Below, piece by piece: positions 9,456-19,194 of a stretch of DNA of 64,000 nucleotides. The stretch's first letter is position 1. Each line of letters opens with the position of its first letter. The notes under the pieces are model-generated. The model worked only from the letters and a program-made list of their open reading frames with translations. It was not told where the DNA came from and made no database searches. Made by a program: the position numbers and the translations under genes. Source of the DNA: Gemmatimonadota bacterium (GTDB lineage Bacteria; Gemmatimonadota; Gemmatimonadetes; Palauibacterales; Palauibacteraceae); the NCBI GenBank assembly GCA_039584815.1, contig JBDGXC010000017.1:285-64284 (forward strand), written 5' to 3'.

Positions 9456-9995
9456 TTACTCTTCCTTGACCGGGAGCATTCCCACGCCTCGGGTAAGGGC
9501 GTGGATGTGCTCGGAATCGTCCTCCCCGAATTCGTGCTCCACGGCTAATTCCTCGGCCGTGGCGACGTGCTCACGGCGCTTGCCGGGATAGCCTTCCCAT
9601 ACGGCGATGAATGCAGCGTCCACGTGTCGATACGCGGCCGACACCATGTCGCCGGTTGCCTCGGCGACCAAGGCGGCCTGCTCCATCATGTCGCGCGCCT
9701 CCGAGAACTCGCCCGCGTAGAAGTAGAGCCTGGCCGACTGGTCGTACGTGATGTACGAATTGGGATCGTTCTGGGGCATGCCTTCGGAGGCATCGCGATA
9801 CAGTTTGGCCGCCTCGGCCCATTCACCCGCCTCGTACAGAGCGACCGCAGACTCATACAGCGGGTCGGCTTCGGAGAGAGCCGTGACCGTGATCGTGGGC
9901 AACTCGTACATCGGCCGGTCCTGCGCGCGCAAGACGGCGGGCAAGACCAGAGCGGCGAGAGCGGTGAGGGAAAACAGCCGGAACCCGATGGTCAT
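9456..9995 (-). CDS. Exported TPR-like helical hypothetical protein
   Basis: ATG 9995 with AAGGAGG SD; signal peptide ending LRAQ; TPR-like helices (ALYEAGEWAEAAKLY, ARLYFYAGEFSEARDMMEQA). Confidence 0.7.
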   Translation of the reverse strand: MTIGFRLFSLTALAALVLPAVLRAQDRPMYELPTITVTALSEADPLYESAVALYEAGEWAEAAKLYRDASEGMPQNDPNSYITYDQSARLYFYAGEFSEARDMMEQAALVAEATGDMVSAAYRHVDAAFIAVWEGYPGKRREHVATAEELAVEHEFGEDDSEHIHALTRGVGMLPVKEE

Positions 9996-10272
9996 TAGAG
10001 GCCTCCTTTGAGCGAGACGAACCGGACCGATACGCGGGAGCGTGGAGGGGCGAGGCTGCGGACGGTCCCTTACGCACCAATCGCCCGCAATATACACGGG
10101 CGGCCACGCTACCGAAAATGCCGCTCGGAAGGCGGGGCGGGCAGGCACTCCAACACGCATCCGTGATTGGCCTCGTGGTGCGCGTTTGGCTAACATCAGC
10201 AGTCGGGACCGTCCGGAGGTGCCACCCCGGGCGGGCTTCTCCGACACTCCACAACAATGGGATACCGTGACC

Positions 10273-11826
10273 ATGGAAGATTTCCTCACCAAGCTCGGCA
10301 TCGAGGACAATAACCTCGGGGGTTTCTGCGGCGAGTGGCTGGGGTCGGGCCCCGTGCTCGAGGTCACCAGCCCCATCGATGGCGCGGTCATTGCGCCGGT
10401 CCGGCAGGTCACCGAGGACGAGTACGATACAATCGTCGACCGGGCACACCGGGCCTTCCTGGAGTGGCGCAAGATACCGGCTCCCCGTCGCGGCGATGTC
10501 GTCCGCCGGATCGGGAACGCGCTGCGCGAGAACAAGCGCCAGCTCGGCCAGCTGGTGAGCCTCGAGATGGGCAAGATCGTCGCGGAGGGGGAAGGCGAAG
10601 TCCAGGAGATGATAGACATCTGTGACTTCGCCGTCGGCCTGTCCCGACAGTTGTACGGGAACACGATGCCATCCGAACGCCCGGATCACCGAATGTTCGA
10701 GCAGTGGCATCCGCTCGGCGTGGTCGGCGTCATCACGGCGTTCAACTTTCCGGTAGCGGTGTGGAGCTGGAACGCGGCCCTGGCGGCCGTGTGCGGCGAC
10801 GCCACCCTGTGGAAACCGTCGAGCCAGGTACCCCTGTGCGGAATCGCCGTGACGAAGATCGCGGCCGGGGTGTGCAGGGAAGCCGGAGTGGACCCGGCGG
10901 TCTTTTCACTGGCCGTGGGCAAGGGCTCGACGGTGGGAGAGCGCATGCTTCACGATCGGCTGATACCCCTTATCTCGTTCACCGGGAGCACCCAGATGGG
11001 GGTCCGTGTGGCAGAGGCCGTGGGGAAGCGACTCGGGCGCACGATCCTGGAGCTGGGCGGCAACAATGCGATCATCGTCACCCCCAGCGCGGACATGGAT
11101 CTGGTGTTGCCGGCGATTCTATTCGGAGCCTGTGGGACGGCCGGCCAGCGCTGTACCAGCACGCGGCGGATCATCGTCCACGAGTCGGTGAAGGACGAGT
11201 TGGTGCGCCGGCTGACGCGGGCCTACGAGGGCCTGCGCATCGGGAATCCGCTCGAACCGGACACGCTCGTGGGGCCGCTCGTGACCCGATCAGCAGTCGA
11301 GGACATGCAGAACGCGATCGAGCGGGTGAAGGCCGAAGGCGGCCGGATCGTGTACGGCGGCGAGCGACTGACCGGGGACGACCACGGGGGCGGCCACTTC
11401 GTGAAGCCGTGCATCGCCTCGGTGAAGAACGAGTACTCCATCGTGCAGGAGGAGACTTTCGCACCGATCCTGTACATCATCGGCTACGGGTCGCGGGATG
11501 CGTCCCCCCGCGAGGCGGTCGCGGAGGTCGAGTTGGCCGTAGAGCTGCACAACGAGGTGCCGCAGGGTCTCTCCTCGGCGATCTTCACGGAGAACGTCCG
11601 TGAGGCCGAGTACTTCCTCTCGCATCGTGGCAGCGACTGCGGGATCGCCAACGTCAACATCGGCACCAGCGGGGCGGAGATCGGTGGCGCCTTCGGGGGC
11701 GAGAAGGAGACCGGAGGAGGCCGCGAATCAGGCTCGGACGCGTGGAAGGCCTACATGCGTCGGCAGACGAACACGGTCAACTGGGGCACCGAGCTGCCGC
11801 TGGCGCAAGGGATTGAATTCGGCTGA
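10273..11826 (+). CDS. Aldehyde dehydrogenase, ALDH7/antiquitin family (piperideine-6-carboxylate dehydrogenase-like)
   Basis: GEVQEMIDICDFAVGLSRQLYG, AFNFPVAVWSWN, LELGGNNA, GTAGQRCT and GGRESGSDAWKAYMRRQT...LPLAQGI. Confidence 0.92.
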   Translation: MEDFLTKLGIEDNNLGGFCGEWLGSGPVLEVTSPIDGAVIAPVRQVTEDEYDTIVDRAHRAFLEWRKIPAPRRGDVVRRIGNALRENKRQLGQLVSLEMGKIVAEGEGEVQEMIDICDFAVGLSRQLYGNTMPSERPDHRMFEQWHPLGVVGVITAFNFPVAVWSWNAALAAVCGDATLWKPSSQVPLCGIAVTKIAAGVCREAGVDPAVFSLAVGKGSTVGERMLHDRLIPLISFTGSTQMGVRVAEAVGKRLGRTILELGGNNAIIVTPSADMDLVLPAILFGACGTAGQRCTSTRRIIVHESVKDELVRRLTRAYEGLRIGNPLEPDTLVGPLVTRSAVEDMQNAIERVKAEGGRIVYGGERLTGDDHGGGHFVKPCIASVKNEYSIVQEETFAPILYIIGYGSRDASPREAVAEVELAVELHNEVPQGLSSAIFTENVREAEYFLSHRGSDCGIANVNIGTSGAEIGGAFGGEKETGGGRESGSDAWKAYMRRQTNTVNWGTELPLAQGIEFG

Positions 11827-12300
11827 TCACCCGGCCGGGGTGCACGCGCCTTCCCCGGTCCGCTATGTTGGACGTGAAGGCGTCAGCGCCCGCCTCCGCA
11901 GTGCCTCTCTTGTGACGGGAGGTTCAGCCATGACATCGAGAGCCAGCGAGGGTCGCGCACGGCGGGGAAGACCTGCGTGAGGCGCCTGCCCCGGAACGGG
12001 GGCGCGGCTTCCGATCCCGCCGCCGGCGGCCTGGCGCGTTTGCGCCGACGCCGCCTGCCACCGTTCCCGATCGGTGACGGCGATGGGCCGGGCGGTAGGA
12101 TTGTGTGGACCCGCCCGTCGGCCCCCCCCCGATCGGCCCTGAGGAATGGGCGCCGATCCTGGCAACCACGGTCTTCGAGGAAGGGTCCTTCGGATCTCCA
12201 GCGAGCGCTGGCGCGAAGACGCCGCCAGGACCCGCCACACCCGCCACATTGACGCCGGTGAGCCCTGACTCTCCGGCCCTCACTATCATGAGGCCCGCTG

Positions 12301-14301
12301 TCAGCGTCGCGGCGACTCCAGGTCGATGGGGTAACCGCCTCGGATCATCGCCTCCGCCTGCTCGGCGGCCACCGGTTCGGAGAAATAGAACCCCTGGGCC
12401 TGAGTGCAGCCGGCCTGCTTGAGCGCGAGCAATTGCTCGCGCGACTCGATTCCTTCGGCGATCGCGTCGACGCCGAGGATTCCGGCGATCTCGACGATCG
12501 ACCGGGCCACGCTCCACTTGCGCCGCTTCTCGCGCCGTTGGCTGATCAGGGATCGATCGATCTTGAGGGCACAGACCTGAAGGTCGTGCAGCACCGGCAG
12601 TGAGGAAAAGCCGGTTCCGAAATCGTCTACCGCCACGCCGATGCCCATGCCATGCAGTCGGTCGAGCAGACTGGCCGCTTTGGCGGCGTCCCGCATCAGC
12701 TCCGCCTCGCGGATGTCGAACCGGATCTGTCCGCCCTCAATCGCGTGTTGTTCCATGATCTCGCTCATGCGGGCCACGAAGCCTTCGTGAAACACCTGCC
12801 GTCCGAGGACGTTCACGCTCATGAGAGGCGGCATCTGAGGCATCAACTTGTCGCGCCACAGGCTGATCTGCTCGCACGTCTGATCCAGGACCCAGAACCC
12901 TATATCGTGTACGACGGCCGAGTCGGCCGCCAGAGGAAGGAACTGGTCGGGCGGGACCACTCCCAGTTCCGGGTGACGCCACCGCAGCAAAGCCTCCAGC
13001 CCGTTGATGCTCCCGTCCTGAAGCAGCACGATGGGCTGATACTCGACGTAGAACTCGCGCTCGTCGAGGGCCTTCGCCAGGTCCCCGCGCATGCGCTCGT
13101 TCTGCTCGTGGTTTTCCTCCGAGCTGCGATCAAAGACCTGGATCCGTACCTGCGAGGACTCGGCCCGACGCGCCGCGGCCCTGGCGTCGGCCAGCAGCGT
13201 GCCCGGCTCGTCGTACGCGGGTCCTCCCATCACGATTCCGATCCGCGCATCCAGGCGCACCTCTTTATGCTTGGCCGGGTAGGGTCGGACCAGCTCCTTG
13301 AGCAGGCGATCCGCTACGGCCTGTGCCTCCGTCACCGTCCGAATGCCCTCCACGACAACGACGAAGCGGCCGGGCTCGTCAATGGCGACCGTGTCGGAAG
13401 GTCGTGTGTGTCCTGTCAGTCGACGCGCGGCGGCGACCAGCACGTCCTGCGCCACCTGTTCTCCAATCCGGTCGCTCAATCGGCCCAGACCATCCATCTC
13501 CGCCACCGAAACCACGAACAGGTCGCGCGGGGATCGATGTCGTCGTAGAACCGCTTGCCGGATGCGGTCATCCAGAATCGTCCGGCCCGGGAGACCCGAG
13601 CTTTCATCGTACAGCCGCGACTCGGCCTTGACCCGCGCGAGTTGCTCGTGCGAGCTGTCGAGTTCGGTCGTCAGGTGTCGGGTGTGGTCCGCTGCCTGCC
13701 GTACCGCTTCCCGCAGCCGCTGGCGCGAGGCGATAAGGCCGAGCTGCACACCTATCAGCTCGATTGCGTCGCCGATTTCGGACGGGCGCGCGGATCCGTC
13801 CGGCAGGGGGGCGGCAGGAGCGAAGAACTCGAGCAGGGCGACCGGTCGTCCCTCTGCGAGAACGGGAAGCAGGACGTAACCCACGAAGCCTGCGCTCCGG
13901 GCCGCATCCCGCGCTTTCGTCTTCGGAAGCGACTTGAGTGGGTCGAGTCGACACCCCGGTCCCTTACCGTTGCCTTCCTGCCATCCGGCTACCGGCCCGC
14001 GGCTCAACGCCGCCTGCAGGTTCGCGAGCTTGGACAGACTGGCGCCTTCCGTAGCACGGACGTGCCAGTCGGTGCCGGACCGCCCGGCCATGTCATACCG
14101 CGCGTGGGCAGCGGACCAATTCAGAACGTCCGTGACCTCCCGAATCACGAGACCGATCGCCTCGCTGAGGTTCCCCGTTCGATCCGGAAGCTCGATCGCC
14201 AGCCGGCTCAACAGCCGCCGCTGCCATACAGTAAGCGCCGAGTCCGCGGGGGCATCCGGCGTGTCGGCAATCTCGAAGAGGCCTCGGCTGGGTGGATTCA
14301 T
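12301..14301 (-). CDS. GAF-like + degenerate GGDEF + EAL domain protein (probable c-di-GMP phosphodiesterase)
   Basis: YQPIV, EALLRW, DDFGTG, KIDRS, AEGIE and QGFYFS motifs; the GGDEF position reads EPGRF. Confidence 0.88.
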   Translation of the reverse strand: MNPPSRGLFEIADTPDAPADSALTVWQRRLLSRLAIELPDRTGNLSEAIGLVIREVTDVLNWSAAHARYDMAGRSGTDWHVRATEGASLSKLANLQAALSRGPVAGWQEGNGKGPGCRLDPLKSLPKTKARDAARSAGFVGYVLLPVLAEGRPVALLEFFAPAAPLPDGSARPSEIGDAIELIGVQLGLIASRQRLREAVRQAADHTRHLTTELDSSHEQLARVKAESRLYDESSGLPGRTILDDRIRQAVLRRHRSPRDLFVVSVAEMDGLGRLSDRIGEQVAQDVLVAAARRLTGHTRPSDTVAIDEPGRFVVVVEGIRTVTEAQAVADRLLKELVRPYPAKHKEVRLDARIGIVMGGPAYDEPGTLLADARAAARRAESSQVRIQVFDRSSEENHEQNERMRGDLAKALDEREFYVEYQPIVLLQDGSINGLEALLRWRHPELGVVPPDQFLPLAADSAVVHDIGFWVLDQTCEQISLWRDKLMPQMPPLMSVNVLGRQVFHEGFVARMSEIMEQHAIEGGQIRFDIREAELMRDAAKAASLLDRLHGMGIGVAVDDFGTGFSSLPVLHDLQVCALKIDRSLISQRREKRRKWSVARSIVEIAGILGVDAIAEGIESREQLLALKQAGCTQAQGFYFSEPVAAEQAEAMIRGGYPIDLESPRR

Positions 14302-14492
14302 GTCCGGAACTGCTCAGGCTGAAGTTGGACGGCTCTTCCTCCGGACCGTTGCATCGACCACACAGTTTCCTGGCAGTCCCATCCGGCTCGACGGGCGATC
14401 GCAAAAGTCTCTAACTTCATTCGTATCACCGTATTCGGCGGAACATCCCGCGAAGTGTATGTGCTGAACTGACGGCTACACCCCCTTCCTCA

Positions 14493-14508
14493 TGCAAGTG
14501 CCAAGCCA
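14493..14508 (-). promoter_or_regulatory. Putative sigma54 promoter directed toward the EAL gene
   Basis: Minus strand reads TGGCTTGGCACTTGCA (GG-N10-GC, TTGCA). Confidence 0.5.
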
Positions 14509-14756
14509 CCCTCGAGGAGCCGTGCCCTCCGGAAGTGGGAGGCGGGAGCGGGCTCCCCGGCTCGATCTCTTCCCGACCTTCCGAGGGTCCTGCAATTCGT
14601 GGTGGAAATCGCCGTACTGCCACACTCACAGCATCGCCTGCTCCATGTTATCGTCATGTTTTACAACTAGTTGTACGATGGCACGAATCTGGTAACAATC
14701 CACGGCACGAAACGTAAGGGCAGTAGACTGTCCCGAACCCAGCGGGAGATGCCGAG

Positions 14757-15218
14757 ATGCGTTATCCGATCCTCGTGGTCATCGCGATTACCGGCCTTGC
14801 CGCGTGCTCCGCTTCACAGCCGGATGTGGAGACGGGTCCGCGGCCCGAGGCGCAGACCATTCCGGGCACCGGAGACGTCGGGTCCGAGCCGGCGCTCAAG
14901 AACGAGTCCGTCCCGGACAACGCGAGCACGGCGGCGAAGTTCGGGATCCCGCCGGGGCACCTTCCGCCACCCGGACAGTGCCGCGTTTGGATTCCGGGAG
15001 AGGCGCCGGGGAAGCAGAAGAAGTATGCGAGCGGCGACTGTGCGGACGTCGCGAATGCGGTGCCCGCCGGAGGTTGGCTCGTCTACCGACCGGGCGAAGA
15101 CAAAAAGGAAGTCGTGGTGCGGGAGTACGGAAAGAGCCATGACGTCGTGTCCGTCAGGGTGTTCGACATCGTCACCGGCGCCCTTCTGCGGGAGCTCGAC
15201 CCGGCGGAGGGCAGGTAG
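14757..15218 (+). CDS. Hypothetical lipoprotein (GIPPGHLPPPGQCRVW family)
   Basis: Lipobox LAAC; GGGAG SD; conserved-looking GIPPGHLPPPGQCRVWIPG..PG.Q segment. Confidence 0.75.
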   Translation: MRYPILVVIAITGLAACSASQPDVETGPRPEAQTIPGTGDVGSEPALKNESVPDNASTAAKFGIPPGHLPPPGQCRVWIPGEAPGKQKKYASGDCADVANAVPAGGWLVYRPGEDKKEVVVREYGKSHDVVSVRVFDIVTGALLRELDPAEGR

Positions 15219-15294
15219 GTGTCGGCCGCCGGGCGCAGCGGGTGGAGGCGCGCGCGGGCCGAGACGCGGTACGTAGCTGACCGGCAGGTCGGGT

Positions 15295-15864
15295 TCAGCC
15301 TTCCAGGGCCGACCTCAAGGCCTCGAGGTGGACGTCGATGCGCGTCTCCAGATCCTCTGGAACGGCCATCCCCCGCTCGCGGCAGCGGTCGGCCACCATC
15401 GAATCCACATCGAGAATCCACGTTCCCAGCTCGGGCGCAGCGTGGCGCTCCCTCTGATCGTCGGCGGATGAGACCGGCCCGTTTTCCTCCGCGCCGCCCG
15501 CCTCCGTTTTACGGGTAGCCCTCCACGCCCGTAGCACGGCCCGGTACTGGCGAGCTCGCTCCACGAACCGACCCGCGCCCTCCGCCGGGTCGGCGAAGTT
15601 GCGGCACGCCATCGGTCGGTCGTCGTCGAGCTTGCAGCCTTCCGTACGATGAAACACGCAGTTCCCGTCCTCGTCGACGCCCAGTACGGACGTGGACTCG
15701 CGCAGGTGGCGACGGATGACCTCGCCTGTAGTCACACCCAGGCCGCGCGCGATGCGGGCCACCTCGTACGGAGTCAGAGGAATCCGGTTCCCGGGGCAGT
15801 GGGGACCGCACGTGATGCCTGCCTCGGCGGCGCGGCGTCGCAGGTCGTCCAGGAAGTCGTCCAT
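15295..15864 (-). CDS. YkgJ-like cysteine cluster (putative Zn/Fe-chelating) protein
   Basis: C..HC.G..I.LTPYEVARI, GNCVFH...GC.....RPMACRNF. Confidence 0.7.
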   Translation of the reverse strand: MDDFLDDLRRRAAEAGITCGPHCPGNRIPLTPYEVARIARGLGVTTGEVIRRHLRESTSVLGVDEDGNCVFHRTEGCKLDDDRPMACRNFADPAEGAGRFVERARQYRAVLRAWRATRKTEAGGAEENGPVSSADDQRERHAAPELGTWILDVDSMVADRCRERGMAVPEDLETRIDVHLEALRSALEG

Positions 15865-16157
15865 CCGCCTCTCCATCAAACGTCTCCGGGCCGCATGAAT
15901 CGTGGAGCCAAAGCTCACGGTACACTGCCGGCCGCACACTGACCAGATTGGCGCCGTCCACCGGAGCATGGCTCATCAGGACGGGCCCCATCTGGTGACG
16001 TGCGCGGGATTCCACACCGCACTATTACGGATAGGCGCAGCCTACACGCCCAACATAGAATTGGCCCTGGTTCTGGAGGCTCCGGTCTCTTGTACCGGAG
16101 CCCCTCCAAATTTCCAACACAGGAATTGCGGATCCCTTGACCCCCCTCGGAGGATCG

Positions 16158-17060
16158 ATGAGAGGCGAAGAGAAACACTCAGGCCGCGTCGGCGGCACCG
16201 GCCTGTGGATCCTGGCTCTGGTCCTCATGTTGTCGGCGGGTGTCTACCAGCGGTATACGGGCCCAACATACGAGCTACGCGGCTCGTACACGGTCCGAGG
16301 CGAGACCTTCGACCACGAGCTGATCCGGTCGGCCTACTCGACGGCCGACACCGTGGTGGTGATCCCGGCCCCCGCAGATGTGGCCGGTGACCTCGTGTAC
16401 CGGCGCTATCCGACCGAAGACGACTTCACGACGGTTCCGTTGATCCGGCGTGGCGAGGAGCTGGCCGGCACGCTCCCGGCGCAGCCGCCCGCCGGCAAGT
16501 TGGAGTACCACCTCGTGGTGATGACGCAGGCCGGTCCCGTCGTGGTGCCTGATACGGGCGAGAACGTGGTCATACGGTTCAAGGGAGAGGTGCCCCTGAT
16601 CGTCCTCATCGCGCACGTCGCGTCCATGTTTCTCGGCGTGCTCGTGGCGTGGCGCGTTGGGCTCGGCGCGCTGTTCTCCGGTGACGGCATCAGGAGGCTC
16701 AGCTGGGCCGCGCTGATCCTGTTCACCGTTGGCGGGTTCCTCCTCGGGCCGTGGGTCCAGAAGTACGCGTTCGGAGACTGGTGGACCGGGGTGCCTTTCG
16801 GTTGGGACCTGACGGACAACAAGACGCTCGTGATGTGGCTCGCCTGGTTCTTCGCCCTCGTCGTCATCGACCGCGGCGCCAAGAGGGACGCCGCCGCTGG
16901 CGATTCGACGGACGACAGAAGAGCTCGGATCGCGGTCGTGCTCGCCGCCGTAGTCACGGTTGCCGTTTACCTGATCCCGCACAGCGTGGCGGGCAGCCAG
17001 CTCGACTACGACGCCGTGGATCGCGGCGTCGCGCCGGAGGACGCGATCGGGGTCGGCTGA
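16158..17060 (+). CDS. Conserved hypothetical membrane protein
   Basis: GGAGG SD; YQRYTGPTY, QPPAGKLEY, QKYAFG.WWTG.PFGWDLTDNKT and YLIPHS; several TM helices. Confidence 0.75.
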   Translation: MRGEEKHSGRVGGTGLWILALVLMLSAGVYQRYTGPTYELRGSYTVRGETFDHELIRSAYSTADTVVVIPAPADVAGDLVYRRYPTEDDFTTVPLIRRGEELAGTLPAQPPAGKLEYHLVVMTQAGPVVVPDTGENVVIRFKGEVPLIVLIAHVASMFLGVLVAWRVGLGALFSGDGIRRLSWAALILFTVGGFLLGPWVQKYAFGDWWTGVPFGWDLTDNKTLVMWLAWFFALVVIDRGAKRDAAAGDSTDDRRARIAVVLAAVVTVAVYLIPHSVAGSQLDYDAVDRGVAPEDAIGVG

Positions 17061-17110
17061 ACGGCTCCGGCGACCTCTTCGGCGACACGAGAATACGAAA
17101 GAGGGAAGTC

Positions 17111-17524
17111 ATGGTTGAGATCACCGCCGATCTCGTCGGCGGGACCCGGGTCGCCCTGAGCAACGGGCGGCACACCTGGTCGGCAGACGAGCCGCTGGAG
17201 AAGGGTGGGGAGGACAGCGCTCCCAGCCCGTACGAGATGTTCCTCGCGTCTCTGGCGGCGTGCACCCTGGTCACGCTCGTCCTGTACACGCGTCACAAGG
17301 GAATCGAGCTGGAGGGCGTCTCTGCTCGCTACACACACGAGAAGATCCCGGCGGCCGAAGGCCAGGCCGGCCTCGTGGATCGGCTCACCAGCCACGTCAC
17401 GATCAAGGGCGAGTACGACGAGGCCGTTCAAGAGCGCCTCGAGCAGATCGTAGGTCGCTGCCCGGTGCACAAGACGATCGAGAACGGGGCCCACGTTGTG
17501 GACGAGGTGGAGTTCGCGGCCTGA
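17111..17524 (+). CDS. OsmC family protein
   Basis: ADEP...GG.D.APSPYE..LASLAACT and RCPVHKT motifs. Confidence 0.88.
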   Translation: MVEITADLVGGTRVALSNGRHTWSADEPLEKGGEDSAPSPYEMFLASLAACTLVTLVLYTRHKGIELEGVSARYTHEKIPAAEGQAGLVDRLTSHVTIKGEYDEAVQERLEQIVGRCPVHKTIENGAHVVDEVEFAA

Positions 17525-17527
17525 GGC

Positions 17528-18184
17528 TCAACCCGGCAGCAGGATCAGCAGGGCCGCCGCCACCACGTGGGCCGTGCTGCCCGCCATGACGCACAGGTGC
17601 CAGATCGCGTGGCCGTACGGAATGCGGCGGCTCGCGTAGAAGTAGACACCGCCCGTGTAGGCGAGCCCGCCGATCGCCAGCCACAGGAGCGTCGCTCCCG
17701 GCAACGCCTCGATCACCGGCTTCGCCGCGATCACGACGAGCCACCCCATCGCCAGGTAGATCACGGTAGAGATCCGCCGGAACCGGCCGGTGAAGAACAG
17801 TTTGAACACGATGCCCGCCGCCGCGAGACCCCAGATTACGGCGAACAGCGCCCATCCCCACCCACCGCGTACCCCGGCCAGGGTGAACGGTGTGTACGTG
17901 CCGGCGATCAACAGGTAGATCGCCGAGTGATCCACGACCCTGAGCCGGGCCTTTACGCTGCGTTCCGGGACGGCGTGGTACAGAGTCGAGGCCGAGTACA
18001 GCACGACCAGAGTGGTTCCGAATACCGCTACACCCACGATGTGGAACACATCGCCCTTCAGCGCCGCCAACGTGACGAGCACGCCCGTGGCCACGATCCC
18101 GCACAACGTTCCGAATCCATGCGTAATCGTGTTGGCCAGTTCTTCGCGCCGGTGTCGCAGGCGTGCCAGCCGTATTCCTCGCAC
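17528..18184 (-). CDS. Hemolysin III / PAQR family membrane protein (start approximate)
   Basis: EELANTITHG, STLYH, DHSAIYLLIAGTYTPF and HAIWHLCV. Confidence 0.9.
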   Translation of the reverse strand: MRGIRLARLRHRREELANTITHGFGTLCGIVATGVLVTLAALKGDVFHIVGVAVFGTTLVVLYSASTLYHAVPERSVKARLRVVDHSAIYLLIAGTYTPFTLAGVRGGWGWALFAVIWGLAAAGIVFKLFFTGRFRRISTVIYLAMGWLVVIAAKPVIEALPGATLLWLAIGGLAYTGGVYFYASRRIPYGHAIWHLCVMAGSTAHVVAAALLILLPG

Positions 18185-18483
18185 TGTTGGACCACTCTCC
18201 TCGCTATGTGCTCTCTGTCTCGCGCCTCCACGATAACCGGGGCTCGACTGCCTGGGAACGCCTTCCGGTGCGGCACACCTTGGGCCCACTCCATCGGTCC
18301 TGCCTACTCTGGGACGCTGCGGGCGCGGGCACCGGGCGGGAACCGTCTGGCAACTTGACTCGTTCCCTCATTCAGCAGCCCCACCGAGGCGGGGCACATT
18401 GCACGGTGGTGGATGTTCGACGGGCGGGTCCCGGTCCCGGGGATCGCCCCGCGCCGTGTCCCGTACCGAAGAAGGAGAGTGCG

Positions 18484-19101
18484 ATGAGGCGTCCGACCTG
18501 GTTGGCCCCGACGGCCGTGTTCGCCCTGGCGGCGTGCGGTGGTGGAGAAGCCGGTGCCGAGGCCGAGATGGAGGCTGCGAATCCATGCGCGGCCAACCCT
18601 TGCGCCGCCAATCCCTGCGCCGGGGTGGACTTCGCGGTGGCTGCCGTTCGGCAGGGCGACCGTGAGCTCAATGCGCACGGCATGTCGTGGGCTGAGCTGG
18701 CGGAGCTTGGCAAGGAGTTGTGGGCGGACGCGTCGTTGAGTGGGGCGGGCGCGACTTCCTGTGCCACCTGTCACACAGGCGATGGCACCGGGATGATGAA
18801 CGCTTCGTTCGCCGAGCCGTATCCGCATCGGGTGGACATGGCGAAGGACAGGGCAGGCCTCGATGAGGTCACGGCGGCGGAGATGGTCCAGCTTTGCATG
18901 GCGATTCCGATGAACGCGGAGCCACTGGACTGGGAATCGGTCGAGCTCACGGCGCTCACCGCGTACGTCGAGGAGCTGCAGGCCGGATCCGTGCGCTGCG
19001 AACCCGTGCGCCGCGAACCCGTGTGCGGCGAACCCGTGTGCGGCGAATCCGTGCGCTGCGAATCCGTGTGCCGCGAGCCGCTGATCCGGATTCTCACGTG
19101 A
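18484..19101 (+). CDS. Monoheme c-type cytochrome lipoprotein (SoxA/TsdA-like domain) with NPCAA repeats; apparent frameshift near 18985 (alternative end 19084)
   Basis: AAGGAG SD; lipobox LAAC; 3x ANPCA; CATCH heme motif; QLCMAIPMNAEPL...EL.AL.AY segment. Confidence 0.8.
   Translation: MRRPTWLAPTAVFALAACGGGEAGAEAEMEAANPCAANPCAANPCAGVDFAVAAVRQGDRELNAHGMSWAELAELGKELWADASLSGAGATSCATCHTGDGTGMMNASFAEPYPHRVDMAKDRAGLDEVTAAEMVQLCMAIPMNAEPLDWESVELTALTAYVEELQAGSVRCEPVRREPVCGEPVCGESVRCESVCREPLIRILT
18986..19075 (+). repeat. Six tandem 15-bp repeats encoding (D/N)PCAA in the +1 frame
   Basis: gat ccg tgc gct gcg / aac ccg tgc gcc gcg / aac ccg tgt gcg gcg / aac ccg tgt gcg gcg / aat ccg tgc gct gcg / aat ccg tgt gcc gcg, then agc cgc tga. 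Confidence 0.92.
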
Positions 19102-19194
19102 TCTGATCCAGACCGCGAAACCGGCACAGGCGACTGAGGCCGGCTCCAGAGAGGACGCCGGCCTCGGCCGCTCCGGACAGGGACTCGTGCTCCG

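Noticed and set aside
11827-12300. Small ORFs (11930 MTSRASEG..., 11977..12252) and a C9 run at 12122 as a phase-variable gene
   Set aside because: Products are Arg/Pro-rich without motifs, and shifting frame at the C run gave nothing recognisable; left unannotated.
18986-19075. CRISPR array
   Set aside because: 15-bp tandem units without spacers that encode NPCAA; no cas genes.
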